Part shown: positions 1 to 13,356 of the stretch, piece by piece
How positions within the stretch are numbered: position 1 is the stretch's first letter
Layout of the letters: every line of letters begins with the position of its first letter
NCBI RefSeq assembly: GCF_009914755.1
Contig: NC_060928.1
From: the human T2T-CHM13v2.0 reference genome, Homo sapiens
DNA length: 64,000 nt
Reading direction: 5' to 3' (one strand)
Notes under the pieces: model-generated
Told to the model about the DNA's origin: nothing
What the model saw: only the letters and a program-made list of their open reading frames with translations
The model's database searches: none
Program-made: the position numbers and the translations under genes

Positions 1-1191
1 CTGGACTCCATTGCAAAAATGAGTGTCTGCGTCAAATTCATTTGGGATTTTGGTTCTCACGTGGCTTTGCAGGGCCTGTGTGAAGAGTGAGCACCTGCTT
101 TTCAGAGCTTCAGATGACACGTCATTCTGCAATCCTCTTCGGGGACATTCTCCCCAATCCCCTCCTGCATGCTCACAGGGATTTGGGGTGTTTGTATGAG
201 GTCCCAAAACCTACACCCTCGCCGAAGCCGGGTATCCTGGAGCCCAGCTGCCGGGGCCTAGGTGGGAGGAGGCCTGGTCATCAAGCCTGGAGCCATGCCG
301 GGAGGGCCGGGAGTCTTCCTGCGCCGTCCTCTCTGCTCTCTCAGGCAGACCTGCTGCCCCCGCCATTCACAGGAGTGTCCCCGGGCCAGGTGGTTTGCCC
401 AAGGCCACACAGGGACTGTGCTGTGCCAGGTTTGAGCTGCACCTGGTGGAGTAGACAGCACCAGCCGGTTGCCTGTGGTGACAGTGACGTTGGAAAATGG
501 GAAGGTGGGGGTGGAGACGGGGACCCGAGTTGCCCTGGAGGGTCCGGGAGGCAGAACGCAGGCAGGTCCCCAGCAGCCGAGGAAGAGACTAGGGCCTGCT
601 GTGCTGGGCAGTGGCCGGGTGGATGGGGATGGGACCCAAGGCCCATCGACCTCCCCTACCCCCTGGGGCTGAAGCTCAGCCACAACCTGGGAACTAAAGG
701 AACCAGGAGGGGCGGTGGGTCTCGAGGCAGCAGGGAGTGGGCACAGGTGTGGCTGGCAGGGCGGCAGGATAGGAGCGGACTGGCAGAACCAGGGCAGGAG
801 GCCACAGCCACCGGGCAGGCCCCACGCTGGGCCCCCAAGCCCGTGACCACAGATCCTGCAGCCCTCAGTGTGGCCCAGGGGGCTCCAGGGCCTGGGACAG
901 GGCAAATCCGCCAGTGAAGGTCCAGAACCCAGTCATGGGAGCCAGCGTCGGGGGCTGGGCACAGACATGAATATTCTGAGTTCATTTCCGCTCTTGCAGC
1001 CTGTGGGTCTTGCAAGGGGAGGGGATCGCCCCATTTTGTATGCCGGGAGTCGAAGCCTTGGCATGGCTGAGTGGCTGGCTTGAGGTCATGACCCCAGCCC
1101 GGGTCTCTGCACTGTCACGGCCTCCCCGGGGACGCCAAGGGTGCGGGCAGGCGGTGTTGGCTGGCGTCCCTGACGGCCACGCTCCTTGCAG

Positions 1192-1422
1192 ACTGCCTGC
1201 TGATGCTGGTCTACAAGGACAAGTCGGAGCGTATCAAGGGCCTGCGGGAGCGCAGCAGCCTGACGCTAGAGGACATCTGCGGGCTGGAGCCCGGCCTGCC
1301 CTACGAGGGCCTGGTCCACACGCTGGCCATTGTCTGCCTGTCCCAGGCCATCATGCTGGGCTTTGACAGCCACGAGGCCATGTGTGCGTGGGATGCCCGG
1401 ATCCGCTATGCGCTCGGCGAGG
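1192..1422 (+). CDS. DOK7: DOK7 exon 3 (PH domain)
   Basis: ttgcag|ACTGCCTG...GGCGAGG|gtgagt; 231 nt; translates (D)CLLMLVYKDKSERIKGLRERSSLTLEDICGLEPGLPYEGLVHTLAIVCLSQAIMLGFDSHEAMCAWDARIRYALGE, recognised as Dok-7. Confidence 0.97.
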
Positions 1423-2183
1423 GTGAGTGACGGGGGCCGGGGCCGGGCGGGGGCTCCCCGTTCAGGTGTGCCGGGGCCCCTCACCAACGTGGGCTGCAGA
1501 GGTGGGAGCGGCTCCAGGGAACCGTGCAGGAAGATGGGACATTCATGGGTGCCTTAGGGTGGACTGAGCTCCAGCCTGGGGGTGCCCACGAGGGTTTGGG
1601 AGGGGGAGTCTGCTGGGCTATGGTGTCTTTAGAGCTCCCTAGCCTGACCGTTAGTTACAACTGGAGCCTTTAACCCAAGCTGGTGGCCTTTGGAGGGACG
1701 TGGCTTCCCAAAGCCCTGCCCTTTGCTTCCTACACTGGACAGTGGAGCCCAGAGCCTGGCTAGGAAGGAGAGCCCCAGGCTGGGCGGTCCCACCCCAGCT
1801 TCCCCCCAAAACAGGATGGGAGGGAGGGAGGGAATAGAGGGAGGGGAGAGGGAGGGGAAGGGAGTGCTCCCCTGTGGAACTGGCCCTGGAAGAGGTGGAA
1901 CGTCAGTCCCAGCCCTGCAGGGGCTTCGAATGGGTGCCTGGGGGCCTCTGGGGGCTGAGCTGCCCTGGGGCTGTGAGCAGAGGTGGGTGGTGATGGGGCC
2001 CTGGGCACTCAGCGGCAGAGCAAGCATAATCCTGCATCTCCTAAGAAACCAAAATCAGTGCCAAAACCCCATAATGAGCAAAACAGTAGAATGTCCACTG
2101 AGTTGAGTCCTGGTCCTACCCTGGCACCCACCCAATAATCCCAGCAGCCACAGCTGCCCTCCCTTTAAAAACTTGCTATTTTA

Positions 2184-2760
<577 letters not shown>

Positions 2761-3865
2761 TTAAAATATTGATTAAAATATCCTGGCCCTTGATGGCTGA
2801 GTTCTTTGGCCTTGGAGGTGAGTGTCCCGCTCCCCCAGTCTTGTCCCCAAGGCAGCAGCCCCTCCTGCTCCATTGAGTGGGGAGAGAGAAGCTGGGGGCT
2901 TAGTGGGAGGAGGTGCGGTTGGCTCTGCAGGAGGGCGCAGGGGAAGGAGACATTAGGAGGGAAGAACTGCATCTTTCCAGAAAGTTCTCCCGTTGGGGGT
3001 TCCCTCCAGCCTGGCTCAGCGGCATGGGTCTGCTTCCTTCATCCGCTGGCGCAGGGCCATGGCACAGAGGCCGCTGGGCACCGCCCAGGCAGCTTCATCT
3101 TGATAGAACGTGGCCTGACAAGGATGCGCCTGAGGCCACAGCTTGGAGCAGGTAGAGGAGGCAGAGAAGGGGGAGGTGGGATGGGAACAGGGGTCCCTTT
3201 GGCTCTGGGGGTTGGAGATGGAGCAGGTGGGGCCCCTGGTGGGGAGGCTGCTGTCTGCCTGGTGTGCTGACCTGGGAAGACAGGGGAGGTGGGGACAGCA
3301 TTCAGGACCACTGTCCTCTCTGAGGCTTTCAGGGGCAGGGGCCTGGGCAGAGCCAGTGCACAGGACCATGGGGGTGCTCAGGGTTTGGGTGAATGGCCAC
3401 CTGGATGGAGAGAGGGCCGGTGGTGCCCTGAGGTTCCCGTGGCCAGGCTGGGGCCTCGATACAGACTCCAGACTCTCCACACCCGAACTGGAGGCTGGGG
3501 GATCCCTGAGCCTCGGTTTCCCCTTCTGTGATGGAGCCACACAGCTGTGGAGAGAGAGCCTTCCTGGAGAGGTGCCGGGGGTGGGAGCCCAGCCAGGGCA
3601 CTCAGCTGCCCTGTCCTCCCTAGCACCTCCGTGGTGGGAGGGGAGGGAGGTGGAGGTCCGAGGTCAGGCCCCTCTGGGACTTCCTTGCCCCTGAACAAAG
3701 ATAGTTCCTGGGAGGATGGCAAGGAGAGAAGTGCAGCCCCCAGGCCCCCTCGTGGCTGTGAGGAGTGCCATTTGCTCATCCTGCCGTCGCTGCCTCCCCG
3801 GCTGACACCTGGGCGGCTGCCCCCACCTGCCCCAGCCTGGCCCCTGCCCCTGCTGCCTCCTCCCG

Positions 3866-4125
3866 AGATGCCCTCTCACCCCACCTGTCCACAGTGGCCC
3901 CTGTTGCCTCCTCTCATGATGCCCTCTCGCCCCGCCTGACCGTGATGCCCTCTCGCCCCGCCCACCCTCGATGCCCTCTCACCTCACCCGCCCATGATGC
4001 CCTCTCGCCCCGCCTGCCCGTGATGCCCTCTCACCCCACCCGCCCGTGATGCCCTCTCACCCCACCCGCCCGTGATGTCCTCTCACCCTGCCCGCCCGTG
4101 ATGCCCTCTTGCCCCGCCTGCCCGC
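3866..4125 (+). repeat. VNTR, about 25-26-bp unit GTGATGCCCTCTCACCCCRCCYGCCC
   Basis: About 9 degenerate copies abutting the DOK7 exon 4 acceptor. Confidence 0.9.
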
Positions 4126-4127
4126 AG

Positions 4128-4328
4128 TGCATAGGTTCCATGTGACAGTGGCTCCAGGCACCAAGTTGGAGAGCGGCCCGGCTACCCTGCACCTCTGCAA
4201 TGATGTCCTCGTCTTGGCCAGGGACATCCCCCCGGCTGTCACGGGGCAGTGGAAGCTGTCTGACCTCCGGCGCTACGGGGCCGTGCCAAGCGGATTCATC
4301 TTTGAAGGCGGGACCAGGTGTGGGTACT
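4128..4328 (+). CDS. DOK7: DOK7 exon 4 (PTB/IRS-type domain)
   Basis: ccgcag|TGCATAGG...GGGTACT|gtaagt; 201 nt; VHRFHVTVAPGTKLESGPATLHLCNDVLVLARDIPPAVTGQWKLSDLRRYGAVPSGFIFEGGTRCGY; phase matches exon 3. Confidence 0.97.
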
Positions 4329-6257
4329 GTAAGTACGGATGTGTGGGGTCACTGGGCAGCAGCAGCACCCCCCACTTCCCCTGAGAACTGCTGGCTTCGG
4401 GCCGGCCGACCCCACTTGCAGGCTGGCCTGCTGGCATTTCCAGAATGCGCCGGCAGGTGGACGGAGTCTCCCCACGCTCGATGTCCAAGGTCCTCTGCCC
4501 GCAGGAACCTCAGTGTGGAGTGTCGAGGAGGGGCCTCGGCTACCTCTGCTCTTCCTCACTGGAGGGAGAGAGTTCAGGGATGCGAGGAGGGGCCTGAGGC
4601 CACAGAGCCTCAGAGCCGCTCATATCCAGATTTCATGGAAAGGAAAAAACAAAGAACAAACGCATTTAGCAGTGGGGAGTGTGAGCTCCCGCATAAGCAC
4701 CGCAGAAACATATTCTTGGACCAAGAATTCCTGGTGGACATGCCAGCCACCCCGCCTGTGGGCCGCCCAGAGCTGCCCTAATGTCCCCAGTGAGGTGGCC
4801 AGGCCGTGGGTGGGGATGGCCTGAGTCCTCTGGGCCTGTGAAGGCCTGAGAGCTGTCCTCACTCAGCCAGGGGAGTGAGGGAAATCGGAGCAGGAAGGCA
4901 CCCAGCCCTGCCCAGAGAGTCTGAGGTGCCCGCCGGGGCTGTGCAGGAGCAGGTTGTTCCAGCAACCCCCTCCACTTTCTCCCATGTTGGGTGCAGATGC
5001 GCCAGGTTGCCCTGTGGACCTGCAGTCCCCGCGGAGGGTGTGACGCCTCCTCTCTTCTCTCTGGAGGGGCAGCTGCTCATTGGCCGGGCTGAAGGCGGGC
5101 AGAGGGACCTCCTGTGGGCCTGGTTTGGGGCTGAGAGGACTGAGGGACTGCACTTGGCTCACACTGGTGGGGGCTCTGGTGGAGCCTGGATGTGTCTGGG
5201 TGGAGGAAACGCAGGCAAGGACACGGGCCACACTGGCCGCCTGGGACCTCATCCTGCAAAGGCCAGCTGGGGCACGGGCGCAAGCCCATCTGGGTGCCAC
5301 GTTCTGCCACCTTCTGCGCTGGGCGCTGGGAGCAAACCCAGTAGGTCTTGTGGCAGTAGCCAGCCCTGTTGGGGCCTTTGAGGAGACGACATCTGACCCT
5401 TGAAAGGGGAACAGGGCAGTGAGGCTCAGGCTCCACGGACTGGGGGCGTACACAGCCAGCTGCAGGAGGCACGTGCGGCAGAGCTGGCCCGGAGTCTCGG
5501 CCCCTGGGGCTGGCAGGGGCCATAGCCAGAGTCCAAAGGGCCTTGGCCCCTCTGGGATTGGAGAGCCAGTATGGATGGGCAGGGCCGCTGCCTATGCCAG
5601 CTGTGAGCTGGTGCGGGGGGTGGGGTGGGGGGTGGTTCCCGGGAGAGCTAGGACACCTGTCGGGGTCCCATCTGCCCCCAGGCCCTCCCTGCGGCAGGCC
5701 AGAGGTTCAGTACTGGGGCTTCGGGAGCCACTGGGGAGTGGGTTGGCGGTGGCTGGGCACAGTGGGTGGGCCCAGCGTCCCTGTCCTTTGTCGTGTGGGA
5801 AGCCAGAGCTGCAGGCTGTAGTTGTCCTGACACAGGCAGCCTGTCCTGTCTGTTGTGTGCTAGGTTTGGGGGTGCCTGGAGGAGGGGGACCCATACCTTC
5901 CTTTCTGTCTGTGGAATTCCTTGGCACGGGCAGGCAGCCGGCCGGGGTGGCGCCGCGTGCTCACCCTCTAAGCCGGGGCACAGCAGGAGGACCCGTTTCC
6001 TTGGAGACCTGCTTATTTTGTCTGGGCCATAATGGAATGGGGACACTGGATGTTTTTCCTCTGAGGCCGTGGAGGTTCACATCCCTGCCGAGGTGTGGGT
6101 GGCCCCTTTTCCGCTGGTAAACAATCCCACACCTGGGGCTGTGCTTCTCCCCAGGGCGAGGCTACTGTGCCGTTTTCCTGGGCTGCTCAAAAGCTGGGGG
6201 CACTCTTGTGGGGCCGTCTGTCTTGCTGCTGCCTCTCCGGGGCAAGCTGTTAGAGCA

Positions 6258-6400
6258 GCCCCACCCGCAAACCTGCAAACCAGGCTGGCCCCACAGAACC
6301 TGAAAACCTGCAAACCGGGCTGGCCCCACAGAACCCACAAACCTGCAGACTGGGCTGGCCCCACAGAACCCGCAAACGGGGGCTGGCCCCACAGAACCCG
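6258..6400 (+). repeat. Short tandem repeat, about 30-35-bp unit GCTGGCCCCACAGAACC..AAACCTGCAAAC
   Basis: 4 copies of ggctggccccacagaacc. Confidence 0.8.
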
Positions 6401-8104
6401 CCTTTGCAGCTCAGTGCTGAATGTTCTCGTCCCCGGTGGTACCCTGGCCTGAGAGAGGAAGGGCTCTGGGAATTCGGTCACCGACGGCTGCACACCCCGT
6501 AGGGTAGGTGGGTTCTGGAGGCCAGGCTGGAAGGCTTGGCCGAGCCACCCATCCCTGTCCCCAGCAGGCCCTGCTGGGCTGTATCCTCCTGGAGACAGGC
6601 GTGGCCACCACCCTGGGTGGTTTAGGCTGGGTCTTAGACTCGGCCAAGCGGTGGTGTTCTCAACGCAGCACTGAGTGCAGGCCGTCTGGCTGGAGGGACG
6701 GGGAGTCTGCGGCACGTGTGGGCAGCCTGGGGCCTCCTGCGGGAGGGAGCCGGCAACTCGGGTGGTCCAGGGGCAGCGGCATCAGCTTCCTGGGGCTTCT
6801 GTAGCAGATGACCCCCAAGAGAGGGCCAAGTGTCCAGAACGGGTTCCTTCTGCAGCCTGGAGGCCAGAAACCCCAAATCAAGGGGTCCTCAGGGTTGGCT
6901 TTTTCCAAAAGCTCTTGGGGAGGACCCATGGGAAGGTCCTTCCTGCCCCTTCCAGCCGCTGGTGGCCCCGGCGGCCTCGGCTCGTGGCTGTGCCACTCCA
7001 GTCCCTGCGCCTGCTGGCTCCTGCGTGAGCCTCCTCTTCAGTCTCTTGCAGTCTGTGGACTTAGGGCCCACCTGGATGACCCAGGGTGACCCCATCCCGA
7101 GACCATCAATTCCATCCGCAGAGGCTCCTGTTCACAGGCCCTGGTATGTGAACACATTTTGTGGGCCACCATTTGGCCGACAACTGGGGCCACTGGGACG
7201 GAGAAATATCCAGAATCTGAATCCCAATAAGTCTGTGGGTGTCGTCACATTCAGTCTGGAGGTCACAGCTGGGCTGGAGTCGTGGGAAGGCCCTGGAAGT
7301 TCTTGGGTGTAGGAAATCCACATTCCCTCCTTCCCCAGGGACAGGTCCTAGCCTGGCCCCCGATCCCCAGAACCGCCTCACTTGGCCCCGCCACAGCCAG
7401 CTCTGCAGAGAGCAGAGAGGGTGACCCTGGCCCAAGGCGATGGCTGCGCCTCACTCATCCTGAGACACTGGGCGTGGCTGTGCATCACGGGGGCCCTGGT
7501 GGGGGTCGGGTGGAGACAGGCCTGGCTGGTCTTGGTGCCTGGGGGGCAGAGGTCTCTCTGTGGACAGCTGCCTGTTCAGAATGGGACAGGAGGTGGCTTG
7601 GTGACAGCAACCCCCGGGTCCCCAGTGTGGCCCAATTCCCCGTCTCTGTTGGTCACGGGCCTGTAGTGTGGACTCCTGGAGCTTGGCCCGAGCGCACTTG
7701 GCACATGGCAGGCGACGGTCTGTGGACAGCTCAGGTCTGCAGGCTCCAGCCTCACACACGGGCAAGTGACTGGGCCCCGCCTTCGGGGATGGACTGTGCG
7801 TGGTGGAGAGTGATGCAGAGAGGGCCACTCGCCCTGGGACAGGCTCAGCTTGCAGCACAGACGGTGGTGGGCCCCAGAGAGGGTGAGCCCACCCAGAGCC
7901 TAGGAAGGGAGGGCTTTGGAGGCGCAGGGGGACGTTTGAGCTGGGCCTTGAGGGTGAATGGAAGCTTTTGGAGGTGCCCCCTTTTTCCCCCCTTACCTGC
8001 TCTCTCCAGCTGGGTCCAGTCCAAGGACCATATCTGCCTCTTTGCCCAGCCTCTGGGGGCCGCCCGGAGCATTTGAAACTCATTTTGACTTTTAAAAATG
8101 ATTA

Positions 8105-8425
<321 letters not shown>

Positions 8426-8755
8426 CTAGGAGGCTCTTGCTACATGAACGCGGCATCTGCCCAGCTCTGGAGAGCCCCCTGCCGGCCACCTTTGGCCACT
8501 GCAGCCTGCGGGGGCAGCCTGGACAGAGCTGGCTGGAACCCTGGCCTCTGTCAGGCAGCAGGGAGCGCCTTCAGCAGTTTCTCATTGCCGGGCGCTGGGC
8601 CTAGGGATCAGACGGTCCGGCCTCAGAGGCTGCGTGAGACTGAGTGAGGCATTTTCAGTCCTCAGAGGGTGCGAGGGGAGCCAGGAGGGGCACAGACCCC
8701 AGGCTGGGGGCACTGCGGGGAAGCTCTCTGGAGGGGCGAGCCTCAGGGGACTTCT

Positions 8756-9992
8756 GCAGGGTGAATAGGAGTTAGCTCAGCTGTCAGAGGGTAAGGGGTG
8801 GAGGGGGGTGAAAAGGGCACTTCAGACATCTTTGAGCACGAATGGGTGTCCCGAAGGGCTGTGTAGGAGCCCTGTTGGGGGGGATAGGAGGCGTGAGGGT
8901 GGAGGAGGAGGAGGAGACAGGGCTGGGTTGTAGAGAGCTGGCTAATTGGACCAGTGTTTGTTTGCACCATTGTCTCGGAGCAGCAGGGAGCCATTGAAGG
9001 TGCTTGAGCATGGGGAGTGTTTTATATGCTAATGTTGACCCCGGGGTGCAGATGAGCTTGGAGGAAGAGGCTGGCAGGGGCCAGAGAAGGTTCTGATTGA
9101 GGTCCAGAAGATGGAGGGCGAGGCTGCCCCAGGCAGCAGCTGCCTGGTTGGGGGATGGGAACCCTGTGGATTGCAGGAATGTTAACAAGGTGGTGATGGA
9201 CAAGGGGAGGAGGGCCGGCCCGGGAAGGGGGGGCCTTCTAGAGTGGTGCCCCTGGACTGGGGCTGCTTCAGGAGGGCAGAGGAGGGGTGGGAGCCAACAC
9301 CCACTGCCAGGCTCCAGGCCTTCCTCCACCCGAGACCCACTAGGTGGGGCCACTCCCAAGTGTACAAGAAGCTGCCACCTTGGGGGATGGAGAGGGCTGA
9401 GGGTCATGTTATCAAGACTTCTCAGTCCTGCCCATGCCTACCTGGCATGAGCCATCCAGGACACCCTGGTCACCCCGATGTTTGTTCTCTGAGGAGCTGG
9501 GATTATGAGCACTTAAGATTCTGACATCAAGGGGCAGCCACGAGGGCACTCAAGAATATTCAGATGGAAACCATCTTAGATCTAATTGGCTCATTAAATG
9601 TCTGCGTGGAGGAGCATTTTCTTTCTCAAGCCGGTGAGTCCTGGAGTTAGTGCAACAGCTTTTTCACTGGAGACGTGTTTCTCAGGAAGCAGGTGCGTCT
9701 GTAACGTGGGTGAGGTTTGCCTGCCGCTCAGCAACCCCAGCCTCTGTCCAGAGTTGGCGCCGCCCTGAGCCCCGCAGCTCCTGGCCTTCTGCTTGTGTTC
9801 TGCTGACTCTGTCCTGCTTCTCTGCGTCTTCCATGCTCTTTCCTCTTACCCTCACGCCTCCTATCCCCCACAACAGGGCTCCTATACAGCCCTTTGGGAC
9901 ACCCGTTTGTGCTCAAAGATGTCTGACGTGCCCTTTTCACCCCCCTCCACCGCTTACCCTCTAACAGCTGAGCTAACTCCTATTTACCCTGC
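8756..9992. repeat. Inverted repeat, 145-bp arms 8756-8900 and 9848-9992
   Basis: Manual ungapped alignment: 9 mismatches in 145 nt. Confidence 0.92.
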
Positions 9993-10846
9993 CACACCTA
10001 GCGGCTGGCGGCTGTTCCCTGGCTGGCAATTCTGTGGGCCAGGGATCTGGACGGGGCTCAGTGAGGACAGCTCATCTCTGCCCCATGAGGTGCTGCCTGG
10101 GGTCCCTCGGGCAGTGGCATTTGGCTATGGTGGGGCCCAAAGGCCCAGGAAAGCACTGTGCCGGCTGTTGGCTGGGTTGCCTCAGTTTCCCTCCAGGAAC
10201 CTCACCCTCCGATAGGACACCTTGGGCTTCTCAATAGGTTCCAAGAGAGCAGAAGCTGCCAGGCCTCTGACGGTCTTGGGGCAGGGCTGGGAGAGCATCC
10301 CTCATGCCACTTTATGCCAGAGCCATCACTGGCTGGCTTCGATTCCAGGGAGGGAGTGGACCAGCCTCTGGAGAAGGAGCGGCCTCTGAGGGCAGGGATA
10401 GGGGAAACAGAGTGGCCGGCTTTGCTGCAGTCACACCTGTGTGATATAGCAAAATGGGGCAGGCCCTGTTCTCCCCCCTTTCCCCAAACACACAGGCAAA
10501 CAGGAAACATGCGCACCCTGTCTTGGGGAAGGGGCAGGGGGGCGGTCAGCAGCCTCTCACCTATGTCTTTCCACCCAAGGCCGAGCACTGGGGGTCTCCT
10601 GGTTATGGGCGCTTGGGTGGACACTGAGACCACAGACGGCTTGTGCTCCCTGCCGGCAAGGTGCTCAGCCTGGCAGCCGGGACGGCAGCAGGTGGGGCTG
10701 AACCCCAGAGGAGGCGTCCGTGAGAGCACCACAGAGGGGCTGTCGGGGTCAGGGGACTGAAGGGGGCCAGAGGCCAAAAAAAGCATCATGAAAGGTGTCG
10801 TTATGTGGCCTGAGTCTGGAAAGGTCCGGGGTGTTCTAGGTGGCCA

Positions 10847-10976
10847 GGGGTGTGGAGGGTGGGGGTGGCAGCCTCCTGAGTGGAGATGTAGGGGTGTGGA
10901 GGGTGGGGACGGCAGCCTCCTGAGTGGAGATGTAGGGGTGTGGAGGGTGGGGACGGCAGCCTCCTGAGTGGAGATG
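10847..10976 (+). repeat. 44-bp tandem repeat x3, G-rich
   Basis: GGGGTGTGGAGGGTGGGGACGGCAGCCTCCTGAGTGGAGATGTA at 10847, 10891, 10935. Confidence 0.9.
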
Positions 10977-13034
10977 GCAGGCAGACCTGGTGTGCAGAGG
11001 GAGCTTTGAGCATTCCCAAGACTGGGGGGGGCTGGGTGGGAGCGGGGGTGGAGCATGAACCCAGGGAGGCCCAGCGAGAGCCTAGTCGTGCGGTGTCCTG
11101 GGAGGCCATGGCCCAAGACCTTGGCAGACCAGCATTGGAGATGGGCATCTTCCTCCAGGGCCACTGATGTCAGCTCTGCTGGCATGGATGATGGGGGTGG
11201 CTGGCGAGGGTGTCGCGTGGGCACGTGGGAGCCCGAGGCTGGCGGTGGGCTGTGCTCCAGGCCTTGCCCGGTTGACCGTGTCTTCGGGGTGAGTGACGCT
11301 CCGCAGACGCCGCATGGAATGCGGGGCCGGCTCCACTCCTTCCGTAATGTGGTTTTTTATAGTCGGGGGACTCATTGTCCCGCGGCCACTGCCAGCTGTC
11401 TGTAAGCTCAGGATTAGAGAGCCTGGCCTTTCGTGAGAGCTGGGGCTGTGCCGGCTGAGCCCTTCACAGGGAGGGGTGGACCACGGGGACAGGGAGCGAC
11501 TGCCTGGCACTGAGTGAGCCAGCCAGCAGACAGCATGACGGCCTTCTCCTTGCCTGCCCCCAGGGCCTGGTGCAGGCTCTCTTCTGCCCACCCTACCCAG
11601 CTTGGGGGCCCCACCCCATCACGGCCCTCATGAGCCTCTCGGGGCATCCTCCTGGATGGCATCGCAGCGGGCATTGGCCTCCCCTCCATGCCCACCTCCA
11701 ATTCTGATCAGGAGCACCCCTCACCCACAGCAGGACTGGAAGCTCTATCGGGCCAGGAGGTGCACAGGGGGCCAGGGGACTTGGACTTGAGTCCACCTCG
11801 TGGCTGTGTGATGGTGGACAGGTGGCGTGCCTTCTCTGGGCCTCAGTGTCCTTTTTGCTAAAGTAGGAATGGCGCTGTCCCATGACCCGGTTTGGGGACA
11901 CTACGTGGAAGGAAGCATCCACAGCACAAGGTGCCGCTCGCCCTCGTGTGCCCGGGGTGGCTGCCAAGGGGCCGGCAGCGTCGCCACGTGTCGGGGCTGG
12001 CCTGAGTTCCGTGTCCCTGGAATCTACAGCCTGTGTTCCGTGAAGGCAGAGCATGACTGGGCAGCAGGCAGCGGGGGTTCTAATGCCGAGATTTCACTTC
12101 CCCCCGACTCCTGCCCGCCCCGGCGCCTTCCCTCCTGCGTACCTTTCTTTGGGCAATGGGCAGAGGCCCCGGAGCGGGCGGGATTCCTGTGAGGTGACGC
12201 CAGCCGGAGTGTCCAGCCGGGTGCAGCCAGCCCAGTGGCCCATTCACGCGGCCGCCAGGGCTTCATTCACCCCTGGCCGGGAGGGCAGCGCCCCCGTGAC
12301 TCGCAGCTGGGGCTTCTCCACGGGTGGCGGCTGCATCGCTCTGCCAGTGACGCTGGGCTGGTCCCTGGGGGCCCTCCTGCTGCTGTGGGGGTGCAGGGGT
12401 GGATGCTGGCCCCAGGATGCTGCACACGGCCTCAGGGCAGCACCCACACACTGGCAGCTCCAGCTTCCCCTGAAAGATGACCGAGGAGGTGGGGAGGACG
12501 CGGTGCTGGCCAGCAGTGACGGCTGCAGCATGTGTGGGCAGGTGCCGTGCCACACCTTTTACAAACATCTGAATGCAGCCCTCCCAACAGCCCGGGGGAA
12601 GGAAGTGTGGTCACATGGCAGCCTTCCTGGGATGTGACCCCAGCTCCAGGTGGCACAGCTCCCTTCTCCTGTGGCCTTGGAGCCCTGAGGGGACCCTACT
12701 TGATGTCTCTGGGGTCTCCTGGCTGCTTCATTTGCCCTCAAGACGGCTGTGGGGGCAGGGTCGCTGGGACCTTGGGGCAGAGGAGGGACTGATCAAGTGC
12801 CTGCTGGGTGGCAGAGCAGCCACATCCCCCCATCCCCCCAAGCAAGCCCGGAAGGCAGGTATGTGGGCGGGGGCACCCATCTGTCCAGGGCAGGGCACCC
12901 CCTCCCTCCTCCCCATGCCCTGTCGGCTGCAGGACCTAGGATGGGCGGGGCAGCACTCACCCCAGCGCCCAAGTTTGAAGGGTGCGGCGGGGTCCCTGGG
13001 GAGTCCAGAGGCTCTGGGGACCCAGCTTCACAGA

Positions 13035-13142
13035 GCCAGGTGGGGTGTCGGCTCTGGGCACCCGGATTCACGGGGCCAGGCGGGGTGTCGGCTCTGGGCA
13101 TCTGACTTCGTGGGGCCAGGCGGGGTGTCATTGTCGGCTCTT
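13035..13142 (+). repeat. About 40-bp tandem repeat x3 upstream of DOK7 exon 5
   Basis: GCCAGGYGGGGTGTCGGCTCTGGGCA recurs. Confidence 0.75.
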
Positions 13143-13236
13143 GGTGGAGTTTGCTGCGGTTTCCTGTGTTCCTCCTCTTCAGGGTCCCCAGCCCGCCCTC
13201 GGGCCAGGCTGACCTGTCTCTGTCCTTCCTCTGCAG

Positions 13237-13356
13237 GGGCTGGCGTCTTCTTCCTGTCCTCGGCCGAGGGGGAGCAGATCAGCTTCCTGTTCGACTGCAT
13301 CGTCCGAGGCATCTCCCCCACCAAGGGCCCCTTTGGGCTGCGGCCGGTTCTACCAG
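13237..13356 (+). CDS. DOK7: DOK7 exon 5
   Basis: ctgcag|GGGCTGGC...CTACCAG|gtgcgt; 120 nt; WAGVFFLSSAEGEQISFLFDCIVRGISPTKGPFGLRPVLP. Confidence 0.96.

Noticed and set aside
87-917. 276-aa ORF and similar Pro/Gly/Ala-rich ORFs throughout
   Set aside because: No recognisable domains or splice structure; expected by chance at this GC content
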